Below are positions 20,401 to 28,172 of a DNA stretch of 64,000 nt, in pieces. Positions within the stretch are counted from its first letter, which is position 1. The number at the start of each line of letters is the position of its first letter. The notes below the pieces were generated by a model that saw only the letters and a program-made list of their open reading frames with translations, was not told the DNA's origin and ran no database searches. This DNA comes from an uncultured Candidatus Saccharibacteria bacterium (GTDB lineage: Bacteria; Patescibacteriota; Saccharimonadia; Saccharimonadales; UBA10212): NCBI GenBank assembly GCA_964460855.1, contig CAYWQH010000008.1, positions 5,795 through 69,794 of the forward strand. The letters are read 5' to 3'. The position numbers were made by a program, and so were the translations under genes.

Positions 20401-20507
20401 TTAGCTTAACGCCCGAAATTATCGTTGGTACGCCATTTACCTCCGGCGGATCCGGCTGTGGCAATATTTGCCTGGACAGCATAAGCAGCTTGCCGCCAAC
20501 CTTTTAG
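17421..20507 (+). CDS. Large secreted/surface protein (module B), paralog of 13720..16746
   Basis: The track ORF starts at 17394. The ATG at 17421 gives signal peptide MLKLTHNRLLIVIGIFVLAGALFAMLSGGKAAA|LN. The conserved C-terminal ~340 aa are shared with module A. Confidence 0.75.
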   Translation: MLKLTHNRLLIVIGIFVLAGALFAMLSGGKAAALNNTYPDTVHDTSFTGQPGNVNAQIIMSDVGQLNAPTSEVAVYTTDPKASFYIEGGANDCGNSDSGNVTVRWSFITDTKTSGWVVTKVVQSARQGAVGGANTDNSCLPYLVTLTLPPDSTGSKQIGDRWYYVWRVQTNLVASSGGLNAFHYLVNENLLPGAPAGIIAPFSLGVYNSDYANYGVNDQEVPLKNRGILACLPGAKLPPCTNSGVYRLKFAPPCNQAWDGRTQRAYLQWFDDDYGSPEEPPSSPIRLQLLDETTGALVPLTHYLPATPAGTATTIAADAGNQIPGAAYFFPQTEHKYTWIVSNVHPNNGWEFRQPFDGINHETNCQHISCTVTGPATVFPNSSYTAVVHVKNSGKGGLDTRFGVTDSATPLSQTNISPTIPPGGTGNIPIAMTSGTPPGSYTVGFTVYNHIPPLNMPGQVAAQCSLPIQIIPQPKPRFTAAPTATCTLVQFRAQYDPPNNNIPLKVHLQISDLSNGSVVVDNPNWVIPPPYSAAAEQFDPFGNLPGTATKIYPHKTYSVTLSLFDPSGAPVAGSDNTVNINGGQPCITPSCSISGNPEPGEVSQGISYKVDNNTDQTYNQPNYFFTFDVSPGPLPVDVPAGPPFPRSSNPVQPTLPPFGSAGLTVNATLNHILGGSLAVTPCRITASTRPYLKVFGDNAAAGGDWQNVSPGKCDKASSNINTYGRFTIPGVAGPPSGGYGSTGEFAALASGSIFGSLTDESPPMAAFYSGINRNIVVPPDASLNFSNTGPFAAGIFGGKFGQTSCFVDYFAGYTNAVKAGAPTITGDLPGNPANGNYYFNNGGSGPVNIGGLDLKEGQQITVYVNGDVTISGDITFNPGSGYSPKTNDWPYFKLVVMGNIYVKDSVTKLAGFYIAQPQNDGSAGRFYDCANGTTPVSLSSMTLNDCFNQLTINGALLAQRLAPGRTGVSSTLKASTLSDTDLANRFNKEPTEVFSLTPEIIVGTPFTSGGSGCGNICLDSISSLPPTF

Positions 20508-20539
20508 GGGAACTATGGTGGTAATTAATAAAATGCTTA

Positions 20540-20548
20540 TGATATAAT
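20540..20548 (+). promoter_or_regulatory. Candidate extended -10 promoter (TGaTATAAT) for the pil operon
   Basis: tgatataat lies at 20540-20548, ~120 nt upstream of the pilM ATG. The -35 region is poor (ggtaat). Confidence 0.3.
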
Positions 20549-20668
20549 CGGAATCAATTATGAGTCTCGCACGACCCTCAGTGGCAAACTATACCTGTTG
20601 GGCAAAAGGGCGCCGGGACAGTAAGGTTACAAATATGCAAAAGGAAAAACCAAAAAGGGCCTAATAGA

Positions 20669-21709
20669 ATGAGCATACTGAGTGGGGTATCAGATTTCTT
20701 TGGCCTGGATCTTGGCACATCGGCAGTCCGCATCGTCCAATTAAGGGGCGGGGGGCCGGTTAAAGCATACGACCGGCATTACCAGGAAGCCGTCGACAGT
20801 AAGCTGGCCATGAGCGATTCCAAAGCCGACCAGCAGCGCCTGGCCCAGTCGGTGCGCGAAATTATCGGCAAGGCCGGCATCACTACGCGCAACGTTGCCG
20901 TAGGTATTCCGTCATCCCGGGTTTTTACCGCTGTTGTGGATTTTGATAACCTGCCGGTCGAAGAGCTGGCAAAAACCATTAAATACCAGGCCGACTCGCT
21001 TATACCTACACCATTATCGGAGTCCAAATTAGACTGGGCCAAATTAGGCCAGTCGCCCAAAGACCCGGCCAAAATAGAAGTTTTACTATCAAGTGTGACT
21101 AATTCTTACGTAGAGAGCCGCCTGGACATGCTCGAATCCATCGGGCTCAATGTTATAGCTTTCGAACCGGACAGCATGGCGCTGATGCGGGCCATTATTC
21201 CTATTGATGCGGCCGCGCCGCAAATGGTAATTGATATGGGCAATAAATCCACCGATTTGGTTATTTCCATGGGCGGGGCACCGCGGCTGGTGCGCTCCAT
21301 ACCCACCGGTACCGAAGCCATCGTAAAGGCCGCCATCCAAAACCTTAACATCGACGAAAAGCAGGCCGAACAGTTCGTATTTAAATTCGGGCTCAGCAAA
21401 GACAAGCTGGAAGGGCAGATATATAACGCCGTTATCAGCACCGTAGACATACTTATGGGTGAAATCGAAAAGTCCATTAAGTTTTTCCAGACCCGCTACG
21501 TAAACAACAAACTGGACCGCATAATTGTTACCGGCGGGGCTTCGGCCTTACCGGAGTTTCCGCTGTACGTGGCCAATAAGTTTGCCATTAGCGTCGAAAT
21601 CGGCAATGCCTGGCGCAATGTCGGTTTCCCGGCCAGCAAACAAAATGAACTGCTGGCTGTGTCTAACCACTTTGGCGTGGCAGTTGGTTTGGCGGAGAGG
21701 CTCGAATGA
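20669..21709 (+). CDS. pilM: Type IV pilus assembly protein PilM (actin-like ATPase fold)
   Basis: FGLDLGTSAVRIVQL N-terminal phosphate-1 motif, IVTGGASALPEF near the C-terminus. It is followed by pilN/pilO-like genes with 4-nt overlap. Confidence 0.85.
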   Translation: MSILSGVSDFFGLDLGTSAVRIVQLRGGGPVKAYDRHYQEAVDSKLAMSDSKADQQRLAQSVREIIGKAGITTRNVAVGIPSSRVFTAVVDFDNLPVEELAKTIKYQADSLIPTPLSESKLDWAKLGQSPKDPAKIEVLLSSVTNSYVESRLDMLESIGLNVIAFEPDSMALMRAIIPIDAAAPQMVIDMGNKSTDLVISMGGAPRLVRSIPTGTEAIVKAAIQNLNIDEKQAEQFVFKFGLSKDKLEGQIYNAVISTVDILMGEIEKSIKFFQTRYVNNKLDRIIVTGGASALPEFPLYVANKFAISVEIGNAWRNVGFPASKQNELLAVSNHFGVAVGLAERLE

Positions 21710-22407
21710 TCCAGTTTAACCTTTTGCCCGATATCAAGCTCGATTACATAAAAGCCGAGCGCACCAAAAAGATGGTGATCTTAATCGCTTTGGCTGCAAC
21801 CGGGGCGGCGCTAGCAATCTTAGTGCTTTTGGTCCTGCAAGTTTACGTGGTTCAAAAAGCCCAGATGTCCAGCGTAGATAAATCGATTAAAACCAGCAGC
21901 GATACGCTTAAAAACACCAAGGATGTAGATAAAATATTGACCGTCCAAAACCAATTGAATGCCTTAGGCAACTTGCATCAAAAAAAGCCGCAAATTTCCC
22001 GCCTGTTTGGCTTTTTATCGCAGCTAACTCCTTCGCAAGTTAAAATCAGCAATCTTAAATTAGACAATACAGCGGCTACCATCAATTTGAGCGGTACTGC
22101 TGACAACCAGCCTACAATCAATAAATTTATCGATACCCTAAAGTTCACTACCTATAAATTTGACGGTTCTACCACAACGTCAAAAGCATTCAGCAATGTA
22201 GTGCAGCAGTCGTATGCGCCAAGCGACAAGGGGCCGACTTTTACGCTGCAATTCAGCTATGACCCGACTATTTTTGACATCACCAAGAAAAACCTGGCCT
22301 TAAGCATACCCAACACTTACACGACACGCTCAATTACCGAACAGCCCGATAACAGCTTGTTTAACAGCAGCCAGTCAAATGTAGATACAAGCGAGGAGCA
22401 CCAGTAA
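21706..22407 (+). CDS. pilN: PilN-like pilus assembly protein
   Basis: MIQFNLLPD motif, a single TM helix, then a coiled-coil. Translationally coupled to pilM. Confidence 0.7.
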   Translation: MIQFNLLPDIKLDYIKAERTKKMVILIALAATGAALAILVLLVLQVYVVQKAQMSSVDKSIKTSSDTLKNTKDVDKILTVQNQLNALGNLHQKKPQISRLFGFLSQLTPSQVKISNLKLDNTAATINLSGTADNQPTINKFIDTLKFTTYKFDGSTTTSKAFSNVVQQSYAPSDKGPTFTLQFSYDPTIFDITKKNLALSIPNTYTTRSITEQPDNSLFNSSQSNVDTSEEHQ

Positions 22408-22408
22408 T

Positions 22409-23089
22409 ATGGCAAACATGCACTTTACCTCTAAACGCTTACAGCTTGATAAAACTAATTCATCGGTAGTTATAGTAGCCGCAATAACCACTGTAGTTTT
22501 CGTATTTTCCCTGGTAGCCGCCCACGCCCTTTACAACCAAAGCCGCTACCAAAGCAAAGTATTATCGGCCAAGCATAAAGCCGACAAGCAGCTTAAAGAT
22601 AATGTTACGGCGCTGTCGCAACTGGAGAATGAGTACACGATTTTTGATAAAGCCGACACCAATGTTATCGGCGGAAACGGCAGCCCGGCAGCTACCGGTG
22701 ACCGCGACGGTAATAACGCCCGCATTGTTCTGGACGCCTTACCGAGCCGTTACGATTACCCGGCCTTAATAAGCAGCGTCGAAAAAATGATGCAAGCCCG
22801 CCAGATTAAAATCGCTTCAATTACCGGTACGGACGACGAAATCAACCAGGAAACCAAATCCAGCGAAACGTCGCCGGCCGTCCAGACCATGGGCTTTAGC
22901 ATTGCCGGGGATGCCAGCTATACTTCCGTAAAAGCCCTTATCGGCGACTTCGAATCTTCTATCCGGCCATTCAGCTTAAAAACCCTCACTTTAACGGGCA
23001 GCGACGCCGATATGAACGTATCTTCGGATGTCGAAACCTACTTCCAGCCAGCTAAAAACCTTAACTTAACTACCGAGGTGGTCAAGTAA
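22409..23089 (+). CDS. pilO: PilO-like pilus assembly protein
   Basis: Single TM helix followed by a coiled-coil (KADKQLKDNVTALSQLENEY). Its position after pilN supports the call; sequence assignment is by architecture only. Confidence 0.5.
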   Translation: MANMHFTSKRLQLDKTNSSVVIVAAITTVVFVFSLVAAHALYNQSRYQSKVLSAKHKADKQLKDNVTALSQLENEYTIFDKADTNVIGGNGSPAATGDRDGNNARIVLDALPSRYDYPALISSVEKMMQARQIKIASITGTDDEINQETKSSETSPAVQTMGFSIAGDASYTSVKALIGDFESSIRPFSLKTLTLTGSDADMNVSSDVETYFQPAKNLNLTTEVVK

Positions 23090-23352
23090 TGAAACAAAAA
23101 GATTTATTGTTAATTATCGTTATCGCTATTTTTGCCGGTGTATTTTCATTGCTGTTATCCAACTTAATATTTGGCGGGCCCAAAAAGCATAACGCCCAGG
23201 TGCCGGTAGTAGATAAAATAACTTCTGATTTCGTCGATACCAAAGACCCTAAATACAGTTTCTTTAACAGCAACGCGTTGAACCCGACGGTTCTGATTAA
23301 AATCGACAATAATTCCAACACATCTCCTATAGGCACATCACAGGGCAGGTAG
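23089..23352 (+). CDS. Small single-pass membrane protein in the pil operon
   Basis: 87 aa with N-terminal TM helix LLLIIVIAIFAGVFSLLLSNLIF. Its start overlaps the pilO stop (taatg). Confidence 0.5.
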   Translation: MKQKDLLLIIVIAIFAGVFSLLLSNLIFGGPKKHNAQVPVVDKITSDFVDTKDPKYSFFNSNALNPTVLIKIDNNSNTSPIGTSQGR

Positions 23353-23361
23353 GCTTGCCCG

Positions 23362-25206
23362 ATGAATGTCATTTCGCCGACAATCCAGCGCCACGTAGAA
23401 GAAGAGCTGGTTAAAAGCGGCTTGCTGACCCAGGAAAAACTGGACGGCCTGGTAGATAAAGCCGCCAAAGGCGGCCACCCCGTGCTGCAGATGATGGTCC
23501 AAGAAGGCCACTTAACCGACGAAGACCTCACCAAAACCATCGCCCACGTCATTAAAGTGCCGTACGTAAATTTAACCAGCGCCCGGGTAGACCCTAAAAC
23601 GCTCGATTTGCTGCCTCGTGAGCTGGCCGAGCACTATATGGCCGTGCCGCTGGGCGAAATGCAAAATAAGCTGGTGGTGGCCATGCTGGAGGCCGATAAC
23701 GTCCAAGCCGTAGACTTCTTAAGCAATAAGATCGGCCGGCCGCTCAAAGTTTATGCCGCTTCCGAAGCCGGCATTAAATACGTTTTAGGCCAGTACCAAC
23801 ACGCGCTGGAAACCGGCGTGGAATCTATATTAGGCACCGAAGACGAAGAAACCCCCGACGAGCTCAAAGCCGCTTCCGACTTAAAAGAAGGCGACAACGG
23901 CGGTACGAAAGACCAGGGCAAAGACAAGGCCAAAGATAAAGACAAAGACGTAAAAGTCATCGTCCAGGATTCGCCAATCAGCAAAGCTTTGGCAGCCATC
24001 ATGGATTACGCCGCCAAAAACCGGGCCAGCGATATCCACATGGAACCCAGCGAAAGGGAATTTATGATCCGCTGCCGCATAGATGGCGTGCTGCGCGAAG
24101 TTATGAAACTGCCCAAAAGCGTCGAGCCGGCCCTCGTTAGCCGCGTTAAAATTTTATCTAACTTAAAAATCGACGAACACCGCGTGCCGCAAGACGGCCA
24201 ATTCACCATTCAGGTCGACAAGCGGCCGATTGATTTGCGTATAGCCATCAGCCCGGTAGTTTGGGGCGAACAAGTGGTAATGCGTTTGCTGGATAAGACC
24301 GGCACCAGTTTGAAACTCGAAGACATGGGTTATGCCGGACGGGCCCTGCGGACCATCCGACGTGGCCTAGAGAGGCCCAACGGCATGATTTTAACTTCCG
24401 GGCCTACCGGGTCCGGTAAATCGACCTCGATGTACGCCTTAATCCAGGAGATTAAGGACGAATCGATAAATATCGTTACGCTAGAAGACCCGGTGGAATA
24501 TAAAATCGGCGGCATCAACCAGATCCAGGTTAACCCCGAAGTCGGCTTAACTTTTGCCACGGGCTTGCGCTCAATCCTGCGCCAGGACCCCGACGTGATT
24601 ATGGTTGGTGAAATACGCGATAAAGAAACGGCAACTTTAGCGGTACAGGCCGCTTTAACCGGCCACTTAGTTTTCAGCACCTTGCACACCAACAGCGCGG
24701 CCGGTATTTTGCCGCGTTTGCTCGATATGGATATCGAACCGTTTTTGATTGCCAGCACCGTGCATACCGTCATCGGCCAAAGGCTGGTGCGGCGGATTGT
24801 GCCGGGCGGCGACACTTACCAAAGCGATAAGGCCGAGACCGAAGCAATACAAGCTACGCTGGGAGATTTGCTGCCGAAAACCAAAGATGAAATGTCGGAG
24901 GTGGCCAACGACTTGGGGTACAAGAGCTTGCCACTGGCTACCCAAAATGCTTATACTTTAGCCAAGGGTAAGGAAACACCGGATAACCCTACCGGTTTTA
25001 AAGGGCGCATGGGCTTATACGAAGTCTTTGAAGTCACAGAAGAAGTCCAAGACTTAATTCTTAAGCGTTCAACCAGTGGCCAAATACAGGATATGGCGAT
25101 TTCGCAGGGCATGGTAAGCATGCGCCAGGACGGCTATTTGAAAGCCCTGGCCGGCTTAACTTCCTTGACCGAAGTAAACAGAGTAGCGGCAGTTGATAAT
25201 GCATAG
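23362..25206 (+). CDS. pilB: Type IV pilus extension ATPase PilB (GspE family)
   Basis: N-terminal T2SSE_N-like domain, Walker A SGPTGSGKSTSMYAL, Asp box LEDPVEY, Walker B DVIMVGEIRD, His box LVFSTLHTN. Confidence 0.9.
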   Translation: MNVISPTIQRHVEEELVKSGLLTQEKLDGLVDKAAKGGHPVLQMMVQEGHLTDEDLTKTIAHVIKVPYVNLTSARVDPKTLDLLPRELAEHYMAVPLGEMQNKLVVAMLEADNVQAVDFLSNKIGRPLKVYAASEAGIKYVLGQYQHALETGVESILGTEDEETPDELKAASDLKEGDNGGTKDQGKDKAKDKDKDVKVIVQDSPISKALAAIMDYAAKNRASDIHMEPSEREFMIRCRIDGVLREVMKLPKSVEPALVSRVKILSNLKIDEHRVPQDGQFTIQVDKRPIDLRIAISPVVWGEQVVMRLLDKTGTSLKLEDMGYAGRALRTIRRGLERPNGMILTSGPTGSGKSTSMYALIQEIKDESINIVTLEDPVEYKIGGINQIQVNPEVGLTFATGLRSILRQDPDVIMVGEIRDKETATLAVQAALTGHLVFSTLHTNSAAGILPRLLDMDIEPFLIASTVHTVIGQRLVRRIVPGGDTYQSDKAETEAIQATLGDLLPKTKDEMSEVANDLGYKSLPLATQNAYTLAKGKETPDNPTGFKGRMGLYEVFEVTEEVQDLILKRSTSGQIQDMAISQGMVSMRQDGYLKALAGLTSLTEVNRVAAVDNA

Positions 25207-25233
25207 AAACAAAAGATAAAGGACGGTGGGAAA

Positions 25234-26301
25234 ATGGCGGCACAACCAAGAATCGAAATCTTACTGGAAGAAGTAGTAAAGCGCAAAGCGTCAGACTTGC
25301 ACTTGCAAGTCGGCCTGCCTCCTATGTTGCGTGTAGATGGCTCTTTAGTTCCGGTTACCGGCGCTGAGGCTTTAACCGAAGAATCCATCGAAGTCCTGAT
25401 TTTTGCCATTTTAGACGAAGACCAAAAGCAAATCCTGCTCAAAGACAAAGAATTCGACTTTAGCTTCGCGTTTGGCGACTTGGGCCGATTTAGGGTCAAC
25501 GCTTTCCACGAGCGGGGCAACCTGGCCGCCGCCCTGCGTTTAATTCCCAACGAAATTGTCAGTATCGAACAACTGGGGTTGCCACAGGTAGTTAATAAGT
25601 TCGCCGATTATCCCAGGGGTTTGGTTTTGGTAACCGGGCCCACCGGCTCCGGTAAATCTACCACTCTGGCCTCCTTGGTTAAAAAGATTAACCTCGAACG
25701 CGCCGCCCATATTATCACCATCGAAGATCCTATCGAGTACACCCACACGTCGAAGCGCTCAGTTATTGTCCAGCGCGAAGTGCATTACGACACCTATAGC
25801 TTCTCTGCCGCGCTGCGGTCCAGCTTGCGCGAAGACCCGGATGTTGTCTTAATTGGCGAAATGCGCGACCTCGAAACTATCGCCGCGGCCATTACCATTG
25901 CCGAAACCGGCCACCTGGTGTTCGCCACGCTGCACACCAACAGTGCCGCCCAGAGTATCGACCGTATGATCGACGTATTCCCGCCCCACCAGCAGCCGCA
26001 GGTCAGGGCCCAGCTAAGCAACATCTTAATGGCGATTTGCTCGCAGCGCCTGATACCGGCCATTGGCGGCGGGCGGGTAGCTGCAGCCGAAATCCTGATA
26101 GCCACGCCGGCCGTGCGCAATATCGTGCGCGAAGGCAAAAGCCACCAGCTGGACGCCGTAATCCAAACCGGCGCCGAATACGGCATGCAAAGCATGGACA
26201 AAACTTTGGTTAACCTGATCCACAGCGGCGTAATATCGTACGACGAAGCCCGCAATTATGCCGTTGACTTGCAAGAAATAGACCGGTTGATGAGGGGCTA
26301 A
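25234..26301 (+). CDS. pilT: Twitching-motility retraction ATPase PilT
   Basis: 355 aa with ASDLHLQVGLPP, Walker A TGPTGSGKSTTLASL, AHIITIEDPIEY, VVLIGEMRD, LVFATLHTNSA. Confidence 0.9.
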   Translation: MAAQPRIEILLEEVVKRKASDLHLQVGLPPMLRVDGSLVPVTGAEALTEESIEVLIFAILDEDQKQILLKDKEFDFSFAFGDLGRFRVNAFHERGNLAAALRLIPNEIVSIEQLGLPQVVNKFADYPRGLVLVTGPTGSGKSTTLASLVKKINLERAAHIITIEDPIEYTHTSKRSVIVQREVHYDTYSFSAALRSSLREDPDVVLIGEMRDLETIAAAITIAETGHLVFATLHTNSAAQSIDRMIDVFPPHQQPQVRAQLSNILMAICSQRLIPAIGGGRVAAAEILIATPAVRNIVREGKSHQLDAVIQTGAEYGMQSMDKTLVNLIHSGVISYDEARNYAVDLQEIDRLMRG

Positions 26302-26305
26302 TTAG

Positions 26306-27523
26306 GTGCTGACTTATACTTATACGGCCCGCGACCCGGCTACCGGCCAAAAAATTACCGCTAACCTGGAGGCCGACAGCGAAAAGGGAGCCGCCAAACT
26401 AATAAAAGACCAGGGCTACGCGCCGCTGGAAATTACCCTCAAAAGAGAGGGCAGCGCGATTTTTGGCAACTTTTTTAAGCGCATCCCTACAAAAGATAAG
26501 GTAGTTTTTTCGCGCCAGCTGTCTACTTTAATTAATGCCGGCTTACCCTTAGTCCAAAGCTTACGCACCGTAGCCACCCAAACCAATAACAAAAACCTCA
26601 AACTTGTTATCAATTCGGTTATTACGGATGTCGAAGGCGGCGCTTCATTTTCTAAATCGCTCGAGAAATTTCCAAATGTTTTCAGCCAGGTATTTACCAG
26701 TTTGGTAGCGGCCGGCGAAGCTTCCGGAACGCTGGATAAAGCGCTGGAAAGGCTGGCCAACCAGCAAGAAAAAGACGCCGAAATTATGGCGAAAGTGCGC
26801 GGGGCCATGGTTTATCCGGCAATCGTCCTGTTAGTTATGCTGTGTGTTGGACTGTTTATGATCGTTAAAGTTCTGCCGCAAGTCCAGTCAATTTATAAGG
26901 GCTTGCCGGGCGTAAGTTTACCGCTTTTAACCCGGGTCCTGCTGGCGGTTTCGCATTTTATATCCCACTATTGGTGGCTATGCATTATCGGCATAATTAT
27001 TATCGGCTTTTTTACCACCAGGTGGGCCCGCAGCGGACCCGGCAAAATATTTGTCGATAGGGCTAAAATGCGCATGCCGCCGTTCGGGCCGTTGTTTATG
27101 AAATTATATATGGCCCGCTTTTCGCGCACGGCAACTACTTTAGTCGGCAGCGGCGTGCCGCTTTTGCAGATGTTAAGCATTACGGCCGAGGCCGTCGATA
27201 ACTATCACATATCCAAATCCATAAATACGGCCGCCGAAAAAGTTAAGGGCGGCAAAGCCCTGTCCGACTGTTTAGAAGGCGACCCGAACTTCTTAACGCT
27301 GGTACCGCAAATGCTCCGTATCGGCGAGCAATCCGGCGCCATGGAAACCATGCTGGCCAAAACGGCTGATTACTATGAAAAAGAAGTAGATAACCAGATT
27401 AAAACAATCCAAACCATCATCGAGCCGGTACTAATGATAGTTATGGGTTTAATGGCCCTGATGATAGTCGGCGCCATATTGCTGCCGATTTATGGGCTGG
27501 CCGGCAAAAACATTATCCACTAG
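26306..27523 (+). CDS. pilC: Type IV pilus platform protein PilC (GspF family)
   Basis: GTG start and 405 aa. It has two T2SSF repeats (FSRQLSTLINAGLPLVQSL / FSRTATTLVGSGVPLLQML) and three TM regions. Confidence 0.9.
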   Translation: MLTYTYTARDPATGQKITANLEADSEKGAAKLIKDQGYAPLEITLKREGSAIFGNFFKRIPTKDKVVFSRQLSTLINAGLPLVQSLRTVATQTNNKNLKLVINSVITDVEGGASFSKSLEKFPNVFSQVFTSLVAAGEASGTLDKALERLANQQEKDAEIMAKVRGAMVYPAIVLLVMLCVGLFMIVKVLPQVQSIYKGLPGVSLPLLTRVLLAVSHFISHYWWLCIIGIIIIGFFTTRWARSGPGKIFVDRAKMRMPPFGPLFMKLYMARFSRTATTLVGSGVPLLQMLSITAEAVDNYHISKSINTAAEKVKGGKALSDCLEGDPNFLTLVPQMLRIGEQSGAMETMLAKTADYYEKEVDNQIKTIQTIIEPVLMIVMGLMALMIVGAILLPIYGLAGKNIIH

Positions 27524-27534
27524 ATATCCACTAG
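27514..27534 (+). promoter_or_regulatory. Tandem direct repeat TATCCACTAG x2 (11-bp period), DnaA-box-like; candidate protein-binding site
   Basis: tatccactag sits at 27514-27523 and again at 27525-27534. The first copy reads TTATCCACT with its 5' neighbour. CCACTAGTGG (27528-27537) is a perfect palindrome. The repeat spans the pilC stop and lies upstream of the pilA promoter. Confidence 0.4.
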
Positions 27535-27549
27535 TGGGCATCAGGGGTA

Positions 27550-27578
27550 TTGCAAAAACGAAGCGATAGGGCTATTAT
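27550..27578 (+). promoter_or_regulatory. Candidate sigma70-type promoter of pilA
   Basis: -35 TTGCAA (27550-55), an exact 17-nt spacer, -10 TATTAT (27573-78), ~50 nt upstream of the pilA ATG. Confidence 0.45.
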
Positions 27579-27627
27579 TTTAGCCATAAGCATAATAAAA
27601 CCGTATAAGGGGGCAAAGGGCTTAACA

Positions 27628-28113
27628 ATGAAAAAAGAATATCAACAAAAGCGGGCAGCAGGCTTCACCATCATCGAAGTCCTGATCGTGTTGGCTATTG
27701 CCGGATTGATCCTTCTGATCGTCTTCCTGGCCGTTCCTGCTTTGCAGCGTAACCAAAGAAACACCGCTCGTAAAAACGATGTAGCACGCATCGGCGGGGC
27801 AGCAACCGAGTTCGTATCAAATAACAACGGTACAATGCCGGTAGGTACTGACAACACTACTATCAGCAACTCAGCAGGTACGTTGGCGCAGTATGACTTC
27901 AAAGCTAACCCAGCTAAGCTGATAATCGTTACCCAGGCAACTGCTGGAGCGACTACCATTACCGCCATAGATACAATGCGTATTGTAACTGCAGCGCAAT
28001 GTGGCGCATCCGGTGTAACATCAACAGGAAGCCCACGGCAATTGGCTATCCAGTACGCGGTTGAAAACTCAACCTCGGCTACTACTGGTACACCAGCTTG
28101 CGTAGCTCTGTAA
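27628..28113 (+). CDS. pilA: Major type IV pilin (prepilin)
   Basis: The internal ATG at 27628 with RBS aagggggcaaaggg gives MKKEYQQKRAAG|FTIIEVLIVLAIAGL. This is a class III signal peptide with G-1, F+1 and E+5. The track ORF starts earlier, at 27550. Confidence 0.85.
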   Translation: MKKEYQQKRAAGFTIIEVLIVLAIAGLILLIVFLAVPALQRNQRNTARKNDVARIGGAATEFVSNNNGTMPVGTDNTTISNSAGTLAQYDFKANPAKLIIVTQATAGATTITAIDTMRIVTAAQCGASGVTSTGSPRQLAIQYAVENSTSATTGTPACVAL

Positions 28114-28138
28114 TATAGCTTAAACAGAAAATCGATTT

Positions 28139-28168
28139 AGAGCGGCCAACCGGCCGCTCTTTATTTTT
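28139..28168 (+). terminator. Rho-independent terminator after pilA
   Basis: Stem agagcggcc / ggccgctct with a 4-nt loop (28139-28160), followed by ttatttttat. Confidence 0.75.
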
Positions 28169-28172
28169 ATGC

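Noticed and set aside
27530-27560. Possible sigma-54 (-24/-12) promoter upstream of pilA (tGGgcatcaggggtattGCa), as in Pseudomonas pilA.
   Set aside because: The GG-to-GC spacing is 15-16 nt instead of the required 12, and TGGCAC is not matched. A sigma70-like TTGCAA-17-TATTAT fits better.
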